The notes beneath the pieces are model-generated. The model ran no database searches and was not told the origin of the DNA. It saw only the letters and a list, made by a program, of their open reading frames with translations. From Chloroflexota bacterium (GTDB lineage: Bacteria > Chloroflexota > UBA11872 > VXOZ01), in assembly GCA_965219505.1 (NCBI GenBank), contig OZ244775.1:2558815-2622814 (forward strand): a DNA stretch of 64,000 bases. The letters run 5' to 3'. Each line of letters starts with the position of its first letter. Positions within the stretch are counted from its first letter, which is position 1. The translations under genes and the position numbers were made by a program. Positions 1-11,330 of this stretch are shown here, piece by piece.

Positions 1-76
1 TCAGCACGAACGGAAATACTGCTCCCATCAACCCTTGTAAATCAGCATTCTTCACTACGGGAGGACATACAATCTC

Positions 77-709
77 ATGCCCATCTACACCGGCGGCGGT
101 GACGACGGCACCACGTCGCTCTTTGGCGGCGAGCGGGTTGCCAAACACGCCCTCCGCATGGAACTCATCGGCACCATCGACGAGCTCAGCGCCGCGCTGG
201 GCATGGCAGTCGTTCACGTGCGCGATGAAGAGACGGCTAATACAGCCGGCGGTCTTGCAAGAAGCAGTACGGGCTCCCCGGCTCAGAATAACCCATCCGC
301 CCTCGCCGCCCTTATCCAGCGTATCCAAAGCGAACTCTTCATCATGGGCGCGGACGTCGCCACACCGCACGAGCCCCGCGCGTACACCATCCCCCGCATC
401 ACGCCTACCCACGCATCGGCACTGGAAGCTGCCATCGACGCGGCTGACGCCAAGCTTCCGCCCCTCAAGGACTTCGTCCTCCCCGGCGGCACGGCCGCTT
501 CCGCCACGCTGCACTTCTCCCGCGCCGTCTGCCGCTGCGCTGAACGGGTCGCTGTTGCCTTGGCGCAAGAGGAAGAACTGTCGAAACCAATCCTGATCTA
601 CCTCAACCGCCTTTCCGACCTGCTCTTCACCCTCGCCCGCCTCGCCAACCACCAAGCCGGCACCGAAGACGTGCTCTCCAAAGACGCCCTTTCACCACAG
701 CAGGCATGA
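77..709 (+). CDS. ATP:cob(I)alamin adenosyltransferase, PduO-type
   Basis: N-terminal motif 'IYTGGGDDGTTSL' and the ~200-aa length match PduO/MMAB-type adenosyltransferases. Confidence 0.8.
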   Translation: MPIYTGGGDDGTTSLFGGERVAKHALRMELIGTIDELSAALGMAVVHVRDEETANTAGGLARSSTGSPAQNNPSALAALIQRIQSELFIMGADVATPHEPRAYTIPRITPTHASALEAAIDAADAKLPPLKDFVLPGGTAASATLHFSRAVCRCAERVAVALAQEEELSKPILIYLNRLSDLLFTLARLANHQAGTEDVLSKDALSPQQA

Positions 710-1092
710 CATTTGCCGCACTAGAGTTAGTCAATTGCGACCGAGTCGTGCGGTTCTGGTATAAGGCACTGAGTGCACCACGCCGTACAGTAGAGGTAGA
801 CACTATAGAGTGGCGCGGAGAGCGCGGGGCCGTAGAGTACTATCACCACGCCTTCTGTACTTCCTTCTCTGATGTTGCACAAAGCCTTTGGACCGTTACG
901 GTCTCTACGCGGTCTTCAACTGGTACCCGGTGGATCGCTGATTCTTTGTCTTCTCCACTTAGATACTGTTGATCAATACTTGATAGATATAACCCAACTA
1001 GCACTGACGCATTGACCTAGAGATACTACGTATGTTATAAACATATGAATGCACCTGATACATGTCGGGTGCGGACATATGTCACGTGACGG

Positions 1093-4000
1093 ATGCGTGT
1101 CTCGTTAACGGCATGTGTTTGGTTGCCTAAGCTGATTTGGCGAGAGCTAAGGAGACCCACCGTGACCCGTTTTCTCACGTTGCTCCATACGATTACGCAA
1201 CGAAGCTCAAGGCAGTCAGTCTTGCCGGGTGTGGGGCAGCCTGGTATTGGGTTCGTGCTCGTGGTGCTGTTCAGCATGGTCTTCGCCATGGCTGCGCACG
1301 CGCAAACAGACAATGGGGAGAGTAGTTCGAGTGAGGTGCCCACCCTGACGATCGCGTCGTCGCACACTATTGCAGTGAAGGGCGAGGAGGTCACGTTTAC
1401 GATAACGGCGGACAGTGCGCCGACGACGGACATTTTGGTATACGTGCAGGTACAGGTAACGGTGCGCGAGCAGTCGTTGTATCAAAGCAAGGTTATGACG
1501 GTGTCCTTGGGAGCGGGAGAGCGGACGCTTGAGTTGCTAGCGGATACGGGAAGTGGCGGGGTAGGTGCGGGGATTCTGACACTTGACGTGAGTATTCTGG
1601 GGGGCGCTGGGTATCGCTTGGGCGATTCCCCGGTCGTGGGCATACGGGTGACGGATCCGCCCGCGGAAGCGGCGACTGGTAGCGGTGGAGCCGGCCAGAC
1701 GCCGCCGCCTGCGCCTGTGGGGTTCACGGCGAGTGCGGCAGCTGAGGACAGCATCGCGGTGAGCTGGGACGAACTGGCAGGGGTGTCGCACTATCGGCTG
1801 GAGGAGCAACTTGGGTCATTTAGTGTGGTGATGTGGCGTGTGGTGGGAGGACAGGGCAGTATCGCGCAGTCGAGCGCCACGGTCGCGGGATTGGCCGCCG
1901 GCACGACGTATCGGTACCGGGTGCGGGCGTACGGCGATGGGGAGGGCAATGCGGCAGCGTGGGGCGCTGCATCGGTAAGCGCTAGCGCCACGACCCAGGG
2001 GACTCAAACGCGGGCGCAAACTGCCAGGTCGGCGGTAGTGCGAGACGCACTGCCAGCGCCCACTGGGTTCAGCGCCACTGCGCCGAATTACTACACCATC
2101 AACGCGAGTTGGAACACCGTGACTGGGGCCAACTGCTATCGGTTTGGCATCTGGCTGGGCAATCCTGGGGGCTGGATATTCGTCAACATGAAAGATACAA
2201 GCTATTCGCGGACTAACGGTATAGCACGGGGCACGACGTACCAAATCCGCGTAGCAGCGACCAGTGATGAATGCCCAAACAATTCCATGTCAACTGCGGA
2301 GTGGGGGCCAGACCGGTGGGGGCAAGTGACCACGCCCCGACCCGATCCGCCGGCGCCCTCTGGGTTCAGCGGCAGCGCCACCGGCACACGGAGTATCAGT
2401 GCAAGTTGGACCCATGTGGGTGATACCTCCAAGTATGAGTTTAGCATAGAAATTGACGATCTCGGTGGCTGGCAAACTAACGAGCTTGCACGCTCCACTA
2501 CGAGCACTACGTGGAGCAGGGGTCTTGCCCCAGACACAACGTACAAAATTAGAGTGAGGGCCTATGGTGACGGCGGTGTCTATGCTGCAGACTGGGGCGA
2601 CTATAGTGAGGGTACGGTAACGACCGATTCGACGGTATCGCCGACAGAGACCCCGACGCCCACGCCAACACCCACGCCCACGCCGACGCCCACGCCGACA
2701 CCTACACCGACACCTTCAGGAACACCAGCGCCAGCGCCGGCCAGCGTTACGGCGGTCTTAGGTCAGACAGGCATCACGGTGTCCTGGACGTGGGGCACAG
2801 GAGTTAGTGCAGATATCGTAGACCACAAGGTGGAGTGGGAGGATAGCGCTCAGACGCACTCTGGCAGCAAAGCAGGGATCTCGCGTAATCTTGGAACGTG
2901 GGTGGTGACAGGACTAAAGTGCAGCAGCACCTATACCTTCAAGGTCAGCGGCCGGGGCGATGGCGACCCCTATAGTACAACCTACGGCCATAAGAAAGCA
3001 GGCACCGCCAGCACCAAGCTCTGCGCGCCTGAGCTCGACGTCATTCCGCTGCCGCAAAATAGTTCGTTTCGCAAGGCGTTGTTGACCTGGGATCGTGACG
3101 ACCGCGCCACCGGTGGGTATATCGTGCAAGTTCGAATAAAGGATGCGTCCTCGTGGCAAGACCTAGACGTCGTTCACACCTGGAACTCATATCAAGATTC
3201 TCCAGATGAAGATCCGTCGGTTGAGATAGAATTGGACATCATCGTAGATCCAATCGCAGTGGGACGTAATGAAGGCTTAGCCTTTCACGAGGCCTTTGAA
3301 TTCCGAGTGCAAGCTAAGCACGCTGAAGACAGTGCATTGGATAGTGACTTCAGCCATGTGACGATTGTGGATAGTCCCATCACCTCGGTGGTCGGAGACA
3401 GCAGTATGCAATCCGATAACAGAGGCAAGATGGTAATCAAGTGGCCAATGGTTCACAGTGACGCTCGATACACGGTGAGTTGGTACAAACTCGCTGGCGA
3501 CCATTCGCAGCTTTCCTGGCGTCCTAGTTCTACTCCAGTACCAAGAGACGATTGGGAGAGCATTGCCACATCCACCACACGTCTAGATCATACAGTCTAC
3601 ACTTCCACTCCAGGTCCTGGGGGTGACGTCTACGCAGTGCAACTCAACTACACAATCGCTGGTGAGAAATACTTCTCCGCGCGTGCGGCCTACGGTTGGG
3701 TATCGGACAGTTCACCCGACGGCAGCGGCAGGCGCGTTGCTACCTTTCCTCTGAACGACCCATTGCCTAACGGCACCTATGCATACCGCATCTGCTTAGA
3801 CACGTTTCCCCCTGACATGAATGATCAGGCAGACTGGCAAGAAATGATAGTAGAAGCTCTTGACCAATGGGAATCGGCCGTGCCCGATTATGTCACCATG
3901 AGTTTGGTAACCCATGAAGCAGGCACCCCTGATGCGGGAAAGAGCAAACCGTGCGCCAACAATGAGCCGGTTGTCAGGGCGATAAAGGACAGAATCGACG

Positions 4001-4554
4001 CGGAATACGCCGCATCACTTGCCAACCAGATAGATACGGGCACGATCCGGAAGTACGTGGAAGGCCTCAGCATTCATACGCGCTTTGTTGATGCCGACAA
4101 TGAACTGAACGAAATTCTGTTGGTTGAGCTTGACGAAGCAAGTAGTGATGTACGAGTCTTAGCCTTTAACGAACTCAGCGACCTCGCCGGTCTTGATTGC
4201 TTCACTGGTGAAGATGATCCGGTAGCCTGCGCACACCAGCCGGACGGCGTGCCAACCATTGACATCCTTATTAACAGTTCTAGGGCAGTAGACGGCCCCT
4301 TCACGCAATCTGTAGTAATGTTCAATACTTGCATTGAAGGCACCGGTACTCAGCCACTTCTGTGGTCAACGCTAGTACACGAAGCCGGTCACGCGCTGGG
4401 AGTTGACGGTGGCACTGATGGTAAAGGCCAGGAACGCTATCACTCGAACCTCCAGATGTCTACAATGCGAGAAGGGGGTGCGGGGAGCAAGGGATGTTCT
4501 CCTCATCCGTTCGACATCATGGCGATCACCGCGCTCTATCAGTACATACCTTGA
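1093..4554 (+). CDS. Secreted multidomain protein with fibronectin-III repeats, a TPTPTP... linker and a C-terminal matrixin-like zinc metalloprotease domain (HEAGHALG; Met-turn 'STMRE'; C-terminal helix 'CSPHPFDIMAITALYQ')
   Basis: There is a hydrophobic signal-like segment 'VLVVLFSMVFAMAAHA', so the true start is probably an internal GTG/TTG near 1255. At least five fn3-like units follow the pattern 'PxGFxAxAxxxxSIxxSW...GTTYxYRVRAYGDG'. A (TP)n linker spans 2650-2710. The HExxH motif plus the 'xDIxxIxxLYQ' tail resembles the matrixin 'DDIxGIQxLYG' terminal helix. Confidence 0.75.
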   Translation: MRVSLTACVWLPKLIWRELRRPTVTRFLTLLHTITQRSSRQSVLPGVGQPGIGFVLVVLFSMVFAMAAHAQTDNGESSSSEVPTLTIASSHTIAVKGEEVTFTITADSAPTTDILVYVQVQVTVREQSLYQSKVMTVSLGAGERTLELLADTGSGGVGAGILTLDVSILGGAGYRLGDSPVVGIRVTDPPAEAATGSGGAGQTPPPAPVGFTASAAAEDSIAVSWDELAGVSHYRLEEQLGSFSVVMWRVVGGQGSIAQSSATVAGLAAGTTYRYRVRAYGDGEGNAAAWGAASVSASATTQGTQTRAQTARSAVVRDALPAPTGFSATAPNYYTINASWNTVTGANCYRFGIWLGNPGGWIFVNMKDTSYSRTNGIARGTTYQIRVAATSDECPNNSMSTAEWGPDRWGQVTTPRPDPPAPSGFSGSATGTRSISASWTHVGDTSKYEFSIEIDDLGGWQTNELARSTTSTTWSRGLAPDTTYKIRVRAYGDGGVYAADWGDYSEGTVTTDSTVSPTETPTPTPTPTPTPTPTPTPTPTPSGTPAPAPASVTAVLGQTGITVSWTWGTGVSADIVDHKVEWEDSAQTHSGSKAGISRNLGTWVVTGLKCSSTYTFKVSGRGDGDPYSTTYGHKKAGTASTKLCAPELDVIPLPQNSSFRKALLTWDRDDRATGGYIVQVRIKDASSWQDLDVVHTWNSYQDSPDEDPSVEIELDIIVDPIAVGRNEGLAFHEAFEFRVQAKHAEDSALDSDFSHVTIVDSPITSVVGDSSMQSDNRGKMVIKWPMVHSDARYTVSWYKLAGDHSQLSWRPSSTPVPRDDWESIATSTTRLDHTVYTSTPGPGGDVYAVQLNYTIAGEKYFSARAAYGWVSDSSPDGSGRRVATFPLNDPLPNGTYAYRICLDTFPPDMNDQADWQEMIVEALDQWESAVPDYVTMSLVTHEAGTPDAGKSKPCANNEPVVRAIKDRIDAEYAASLANQIDTGTIRKYVEGLSIHTRFVDADNELNEILLVELDEASSDVRVLAFNELSDLAGLDCFTGEDDPVACAHQPDGVPTIDILINSSRAVDGPFTQSVVMFNTCIEGTGTQPLLWSTLVHEAGHALGVDGGTDGKGQERYHSNLQMSTMREGGAGSKGCSPHPFDIMAITALYQYIP

Positions 4555-4567
4555 AGGAAACTCATTG

Positions 4568-5878
4568 ATGATGGCACGAACGTGGTTGGCGCAATTTGGC
4601 CTATTGGTGGTGCTGGCATTTTCACTGGTTGGCTGCCAACAGCAGGCTGGAGTGGGGTCAGCGACGCCGGTGGTAGTGATCAGTACGCCAACGGTCGCAC
4701 CCTCGCCGACACCTGAAGACGTTACACACGACGTTGGCAGCCGTCCCTGTGGTCCGTTGGGGTATTCGATCAACCTTGGTGAGGGTAAGATCTTTCTCGC
4801 CTGGACGCCGGATGGCGCGCACCTGGTATTCAACTACTTTGCAGGAAAAGATGAGAGAGACTGGAACATCCTCACCGGTATCTGGCTGGTGGACGCAGCA
4901 GGCAGCCGCTTGGAGATGCTGGTCGACGCTAATCCCAGTCGCGAGTCCCAGTACGGTCACTATGCCGACGTATCGCCGGACGGCACGCAGCTTGTCTATG
5001 CAAGCTGTGAGTATCCCTATCCAGGGCGGGTAGATTTCAACTTCGAGGTGGCCATCATCGGTATAGACGGCACAGGGCAGCAGCGGCTGACGAAGAATCT
5101 GTATTTGGACCTATATCCCGTCTGGTCGCCGGATGGCAGCCGTGTCGCCTTCCTCTCCACGCGGCAGTACTTCACACCAAAGAGAGTGGCGCTCTACACC
5201 ATGGCGGCAGACGGCTCGGACGTGCAGCGTGTGGCTCCGCCCGGCAAGCATGGGCTGACCCTGGCGCCGCCGGTCTGGTCGCCAGATGGGGAGCGCTTAG
5301 CCTTCCAAGTTAACACCGGCTTCTTCGAAAACTTCGTAAGGGACTTGCACTTGGTAAGAGCCGACGGCTCGGAGATGACCTTGCTTGCGGAGGAAGTGGC
5401 TAGTGTGCCCGCCTGGTCGCCGGACGGGCAACGGCTGGCGGTGGCGAAGATTGCCGGCGATGACGTAGGGCTTTACACCCTGGCGGCGGACGGTTCTGAC
5501 CTACAGCTCATCACTACCATATTCAAGTTGGAAGTGATTCAATGGTATTCGACCTACAATGATTCGTTACCTATCGTTTCGTGGTCACCGGAGGGGTCAC
5601 AGATACTCTACTCCTGCAAAAAAAATGGTGCATGTATCATCGACTTGGAGAGCGGAAAGGTAAGGTTGGTCGAATATGAAATCTCAGCTTTGCTCGCACC
5701 CCACGCTGCGGCGTGGTCCCCCGATGGTACCCGCATCGCCATCTATACTCCAGGTGGTGATAGGCGACCGCAACTCTACACCGTGGCCCCCGACGGCACC
5801 GACCGCCGCCATCTGATACGCGTGGACGACGACGGCAACCTGGCGCCTGCCAATCCGCCGGAGGATGGATCGCAATGA
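4568..5878 (+). CDS. PD40/TolB-like beta-propeller lipoprotein (cassette 1 partner)
   Basis: RBS 'aaggaaa' lies before ATG 4568. A lipoprotein signal ends in 'LVGC'. It contains multiple 'YPVWSPDGSRVAF'-type PD40 repeats. The conserved C-terminus is 'DDDGNLAPANPPEDG'. The stop overlaps the next ATG in an ATGA arrangement. Confidence 0.75.
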   Translation: MMARTWLAQFGLLVVLAFSLVGCQQQAGVGSATPVVVISTPTVAPSPTPEDVTHDVGSRPCGPLGYSINLGEGKIFLAWTPDGAHLVFNYFAGKDERDWNILTGIWLVDAAGSRLEMLVDANPSRESQYGHYADVSPDGTQLVYASCEYPYPGRVDFNFEVAIIGIDGTGQQRLTKNLYLDLYPVWSPDGSRVAFLSTRQYFTPKRVALYTMAADGSDVQRVAPPGKHGLTLAPPVWSPDGERLAFQVNTGFFENFVRDLHLVRADGSEMTLLAEEVASVPAWSPDGQRLAVAKIAGDDVGLYTLAADGSDLQLITTIFKLEVIQWYSTYNDSLPIVSWSPEGSQILYSCKKNGACIIDLESGKVRLVEYEISALLAPHAAAWSPDGTRIAIYTPGGDRRPQLYTVAPDGTDRRHLIRVDDDGNLAPANPPEDGSQ

Positions 5879-8479
5879 ATTACGTTGCAACTACATATGG
5901 CAGTGAGACGGAGGTAGCGGTGAGCACGCACGCTTGTCCCACACCTACACAGGTACCGACAGTGGCGCCTACACTAACAGTCAGAGCCGCCGTCAGCGCC
6001 AAGTGGGTTTAGCGCCAGCGCGCCCAATCACTTCACAATCAACGCGAGTTGGAACAGGGTGAGTGGGGCCATCTGCTATCGGTTCGGCATCTGGATTGGC
6101 AATCCTGGGGGGTGGAAGTACCAATTTACGCGGAATACAAGCGACACGCGGACTGCGGGTATAGCCCGGGGCACGACGTACCAAATCCGCGTAGCTGCGA
6201 CCTCCGATGAATGCCCCAAGTCGACCATGATGACTGCGGAGTGGGGGCCAGACCGGTGGGGGCAAGTGACCACGCCCCGACCCGATCCGCCAGCGCCCTC
6301 TGGGTTCAGCGGCAGCGCCACCGGCACACGGAGTATCAGCGCGAGTTGGACCCATGTGGGTGATACCACCAAGTATGAGTTTAGCATTGAAGTTGCCAGT
6401 CTCGGTGGCTGGCAAACTCAGGAAGTTGCGCGCTCCACGACGAGCACTACGTGGAGCAGGGGTCTTGCCCCAGGCACAACGTACAACATTAGAGTGAGGG
6501 CCTATGGTGACGGGGGTGTTTATGCTGCAGAGTGGGGGCCCTATAGCACGGAGACGGTAACGACCGAAATACCGACCGCGACTGCGACACCCACGCCCAC
6601 GCCGACACCTACACCGACACCTTCAGGAACACCAGCGCCAGCGCCGGCCAGCGTTTCGGCGGTGCTTGAAGGAGACACCAGTGTCCGCGTCTCCTGGACG
6701 TGGGGCACAGGGGTTAGTGCAAATATCGTAGCCCACAAGGTGGCGTGGGAAGATAGCGCTCAGACTCACTCTGGCAGCAAAGCAGGGATCTCGCGTAATC
6801 TTGGAACGTGGGTGGTGACAGGACTAAAGTGCAGCAGCACCTATACCTTCAAGGTTAGCGGACGGGGCGACGGCGACCCCTATAGCACAACCTACGGCGA
6901 TAATAAAGCAGCATCCGCCAGCACCAAGCTCTGCGCGCCTGAAGTTGACGTCATCCCGCTGCCGCACCGTCAGGCGTTATTGAAATGGGACGAAATACGC
7001 CTTGCAGATGAATACACCGTTGAAGCGCGAATGCTTCAAACAGGGAATCGTGGCTGGGCGACACCACATGCTTGGAACGTCGCCGACCCTGACAGGACTT
7101 CTCTTACAGTAAATTTGAAGACTATTGTCAATTACAGAGGGTTACAACACTCACCATACGCATACGAATTCCGTGTAAAGGCAGTGGATACCGGCACAGA
7201 TCCAATTCCTAGCAGTGAGTACAGCAACAGAGTCATACTCATAGATACACCCATCCTGTCAGTAAATGGCCATAGCCCCGGCTCAGGAAATAACGATGCC
7301 CAAGCGTTGCTCACGTGGAAGGAGATAGTTCAAGAGGACGTCTTGGGTAGTGAATGGAGAGACTTTGCAGGTGGAGCTTATTCTTTCCGCTATCGCAGGC
7401 TTAGCGACGCAAGCAATCCGCACACAGACCTAAACTGGAAACCGGACAAGCCTTCGGAACCCATTACAACCGTCAGCAACCCGATCACAGAATTGAGGCG
7501 TGAGGAAATCTACGCCATACAGCTGATCTATACCGTGACGAAGCCGGGGGAGACAACCCCAACAACCTTCTATTCTGCCCGAGATGCCTTCGTTTGGCCG
7601 TCAGCTGAAGGCGCAGACGGAGGGGAGAGAGTCGCAACTTTTCCGCTTAAGAACGGCGGCAGCGTTTATATGTACCGCATTTGTGAAGACGGATTCCCTG
7701 CTGCAGACATTGGTGACTGGAAAGCTACCATTCAGCATGCCTTTGGATTGTGGAAAGCCTTCACAGATCTTGTAACCATGACGTACTTAGGGTCTACTTG
7801 TGCGGACTACTCTGACGCTATCCAAGACATAGATAGCAATTATAACGACAAGACAGGGGTACCCTTGACCCCAAGTCAGCTTGGGATGTTGGGGCAGTAT
7901 TTGAAACAGCTTGATGTCCTTACCAACGCTCAAACCGACGATAAAGAGTACAACGAAGTAATCATGGTTGATGACACTACAGGTGTCTACGCAGAGTTCA
8001 AAGACATAGGAATCTTCCCGGAGTTTGCATCGGAATTGGGGTTTGCTGGGTGTGTTTTTGACGTCGATACTACGGCTTGCGCCATTTCCCGTCATGTGGA
8101 CGCGCAAACAGGTTACATTACGGACATTCTGTTGCGTAGGAGCAGAAACAAATTCGCTCCATCGGTTATGCCGGGCGGTGATATTACAGTGGAGAGAAGT
8201 GACGTGCAATTCAACATTTGCCCTACGGGCCCAGGCTTCAACACCTATGCGACCCTGATTCATAAATCCGGCCATGCCTTGGGAATTAGAGGTGGAGCCG
8301 AGGATCCTGATTGGATCCCTCAAATGAAAGGACATCCTACGATTTCGAATACTGTTATGAACTATGAAAACACAAACTTGAAGGCGCGAGGACCAATACA
8401 TATGTTGCCAACCGAACCGGATTGTTCCCCACATCCGTTGGACATTCTGGCAATCTACGCCATCTATCAGACTGATTGA
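5875..8479 (+). pseudogene. 5'-truncated, frameshifted paralog of the 1093..4554 metalloprotease, with HKSGH replacing HExxH
   Basis: An ATG at 5875 overlaps the TolB-like stop and opens a 45-codon frame (5875..6012) that terminates at TAG. Homology to 2040-4554 continues in another frame, open from 5978 with a GTG at 6059. This implies a 1-nt indel between about 5980 and 6010. The matching residues are PSGFSASAPNHFTINASW versus PTGFSATAPNYYTINASW. The catalytic motif reads 'IHKSGHALG' (Glu->Lys). The C-terminus is 'PDCSPHPLDILAIYAIYQTD'. Confidence 0.55.
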
Positions 8480-9852
8480 AGTGTAAGGACTCTCTTGCTA
8501 TGAAGTGGCTCAAGCATTCATTAGTAGTCGCACTTGCCATTGTGGTGTGTCTTGGCATGACCGCGTGTGCGCAAGAATTAGGTGAAGGTTCCGTCCAAGT
8601 TGCTCAGACTACCCCAAAGCCTTCCCCGCAGCCAACTGTCTCGCCGACCCCGGCTCCCAGAACCGAACCGACCGTATCGTGTGGGCCGCCATCTGGGGAA
8701 GAGCTTTATGAATTCTCTCCCTTCAGCGACATTTTCCTGGAATGGACGCCGGATGGCTCACAGCTAATGTTCTCATACAGCACTGACGTTTGGTTCGTTG
8801 ATGTTGCCGGTACCAATTTGCGCTTGTTGGTGGATGCCGATCCTCACAGCCACTACCACCGCTTCCTCTATGGCTTCCATGCAGAAATTTCGCCGACGGC
8901 TCACAGGTCGTCTTTTCGACCTGCGATTACCCCTGGGACGCTCAGAGCTCTGCCGCTAGGCATGGCAATGCGTTGCTCTCACTGCCTGTATACTCACCTG
9001 ACAAGTACGATATTGCCTTGATTGACATCGACGGTGGCGCGCCACAGCGACTCACTAAGAGTCGATACTTGGACCACTTTCCGGCATGGTCGCCCGATGG
9101 AAGTCGTATCGCTTACCTCCACTTCCTTGATAGTTCCCGCATGGGAATGCCCCCCCAGAACCATCCGAACGATGACGGCAAACGGCTCCGAGGTGCAGGA
9201 GGTTCAGAAGACACGCAGTTTGGCAATTGCTGCCGCGCCGCTGGCGTGGTCGCCAAATGGAGAGAAGTTGGCATTTCTCATATATGACTGGGAGAACTGG
9301 CCCCGTCAATACACCCTCTACACTGCCCTCGCCGGTGGCTCCGAGTTGCGAAAAGTCGCTGAGAACGTCGTAAGCGACGCGTCATGGTCGCCGGATGGAC
9401 AGCAATTCGCACTAGCAAGGCTCGTCGGTGAGGAAGTTGGGCTGTACACGCTGGCCGCTGACGGCTCCGACCCAAAGCTGATAGCCACAATTACCGATTT
9501 GGAGAAATATGTATTTTGGACCAGGGACGATCGGTCCTGGACGGGCACGGTGGCGTGGTCGCCGGATGGCACCAAACTACTCTATTCCTGCCATAAAGGC
9601 GCATGTTTGATCGATGTCAAGACTGGACAGAGCATTGGGTTGATATCCGGCATACCAAAATGGCTTCACTCCCACGTCGCGGCGTGGTCGCCGGATGGAA
9701 CCCGCATTGCGATCTACACGCCCGGGGATGAAATCAACGACATACCTTTGCGGCTGTTTTCGGTGGACCCACATGGCACCGACCCCCGCGACCTGGTGCG
9801 CCTAGGTGACGACGGCAACCTGGCGCCCGCAAATCCTCCTGAGGATGAATAG
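8476..9852 (+). pseudogene. PD40/TolB-like propeller lipoprotein, disrupted by at least two frameshifts
   Basis: Homology to the other propeller paralogs runs through three different frames (8476.., 8973.., 9022..9852). The signal peptide 'LAIVVCLGMTAC' and the conserved end 'GDDGNLAPANPPEDE' are both present. Confidence 0.6.
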
Positions 9853-9854
9853 TG

Positions 9855-9986
9855 ATGAACAATGCCAAAGCGTCTCCCGTCCAAATGACGAGTGAAGGCA
9901 GTTCCCGAAAGGTCAGCGAGCCGGACTGTTCGCCGCATCCGATGGACATCATGGCGATATACGCACTGTATCAGACAGTCGACTGA
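9855..9986 (+). CDS. Mini-ORF (43 aa), a metalloprotease C-terminal stub: MNNAKASPVQMTSEGSSRKVSEPDCSPHPMDIMAIYALYQTVD
   Basis: The start overlaps the upstream stop (TAGTGATG). It retains the Met-turn-like 'VQMTSEG' and the terminal-helix motif shared with the big protease (LQMSTMREGGAGSKGCSPHPFDIM...). Confidence 0.4.
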   Translation: MNNAKASPVQMTSEGSSRKVSEPDCSPHPMDIMAIYALYQTVD

Positions 9987-10001
9987 GCTAAGGGCATTGC
10001 T

Positions 10002-11330
10002 GTGCGCCGAATGTGGTTAGTGTTTCTAGCGTTCGCTTTGTGCACTGTCGCTTGCGCGGAGGAGCATGTGGAATATGTCGCGACTATAGAGTTCAACTAT
10101 CCGTGCGGTGTACACATGCATGTCGCCACCCCTGGCTCATATCACGATCACTTCCTGGCATGGACGCCGGACGGCGTTCATCTTATATTCGATGCAACAA
10201 CGCCAAGCGGCGCTTCTCGCGCATATTATCGCTGGCGCAGCGCTATGTGGAAGGTAAATGCTGAGGGACGCGCGGTGCGCATGCTCGTTGACGTGAATCC
10301 CGGGCATCCTGTCAAGTACGGTCTGTACGGAGACGTGTCCCCGGACGGTACCCGGATCGTCTATGCCACCTGCGAGTTTCCGACCGAAGGCAAAGTGACC
10401 CACTCTGAGCGAGAGAACTACCACTACGAGATCGCCGTATTGGACTTGGACAGCGGCAAGCGGCAGCGTCTCACGCACAACAAATACCTCGACCATTACC
10501 CAGTGTGGTCGCCGAACGGCAGCCGCATTGCCTTCGTCGCGAATCCTCCCAGAGAGGGTCACATCAATGAGGGTGGTCACGACGCGCGACTCTATTCGAT
10601 GTCGCCGGATGGAACGGACGTTCAGAACATGGTATCCATGCTGCCCATTCTTAGCTATTCGCAGGTAGAGGCTAGCCGGGATGATGCGGCAGTACCCAAG
10701 CTCAGAGGAGTTGCACTGTTTCCGCCAGCGTGGTCACCGGACAGTAAGAAGCTGGCGTTTTTGGTATATGAAGGGGAGTACGCTCCGCTTCGGAAGATAC
10801 TCTACACCGTGCGGGTAGATGGTTCGGAGTTGACGCGGATAGCGGAGAACGTAGTGAGCGTGGCGTCGTGGTCGCCGGACGGTCAACGGCTCGCGGTGGC
10901 CAAGTTTGCCGGCGATAACGTCGGGCTCTTCACTCTGGCAGCGGACGGTTCTGACGAAAAACTGATTACTACCATCACTGACAAAGCAAAGTTATTCCAA
11001 GATAGTCCGAAAAGCCGGCATCAGTTCAAAGTACGTACGTTGTCGTGGTCGCCGGATGGGTCGGCGTTTCTCGTTATCTCAGATGAGTTTGAGTTATTCG
11101 TCATTCAACCGGACGGCAAGGGCGTGCACAAAATGAGCCTGGGCTTTGAGCCTGAACACACCGGCCGAACCATCGCTGCCTGGTCGCCGGATGGCACGCG
11201 CGTCGCCCTCTACGATGGAAACAGTCGGCTCGTGACCATAAGTCGTGACGGCACAGACCGCCGCAACTTGATACACGTGGACGACGCCGGCAACCTCGTG
11301 CCAGCGATCCCGCGAGAGTTGGCACTATGA
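10002..11330 (+). CDS. PD40/TolB-like beta-propeller lipoprotein
   Basis: Signal 'LAFALCTVAC', the 'YPCG' N-terminal motif, PD40 repeats 'DHYPVWSPNGSRIAF', and the conserved C-terminus 'DDAGNLVPAIPRE'. Confidence 0.75.
   Translation: MRRMWLVFLAFALCTVACAEEHVEYVATIEFNYPCGVHMHVATPGSYHDHFLAWTPDGVHLIFDATTPSGASRAYYRWRSAMWKVNAEGRAVRMLVDVNPGHPVKYGLYGDVSPDGTRIVYATCEFPTEGKVTHSERENYHYEIAVLDLDSGKRQRLTHNKYLDHYPVWSPNGSRIAFVANPPREGHINEGGHDARLYSMSPDGTDVQNMVSMLPILSYSQVEASRDDAAVPKLRGVALFPPAWSPDSKKLAFLVYEGEYAPLRKILYTVRVDGSELTRIAENVVSVASWSPDGQRLAVAKFAGDNVGLFTLAADGSDEKLITTITDKAKLFQDSPKSRHQFKVRTLSWSPDGSAFLVISDEFELFVIQPDGKGVHKMSLGFEPEHTGRTIAAWSPDGTRVALYDGNSRLVTISRDGTDRRNLIHVDDAGNLVPAIPRELAL

Noticed and set aside
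1093-4554. Calling the proteases canonical MMPs (HExxHxxGxxH)
   Set aside because: The third ligand position is not His (HEAGHALGVDGG). They are matrixin-like or astacin-like by Met-turn and terminal helix only, so the family assignment is left generic.
6059-8479. Treating protease paralog 2 as an intact gene starting at the GTG at 6059
   Set aside because: Homology to paralog 1 extends upstream of 6059 to a TAA at 5975-5977, and an upstream coupled ATG frame ends at 6012. The frameshifted, 5'-truncated interpretation fits better, though translation from an internal start cannot be excluded.
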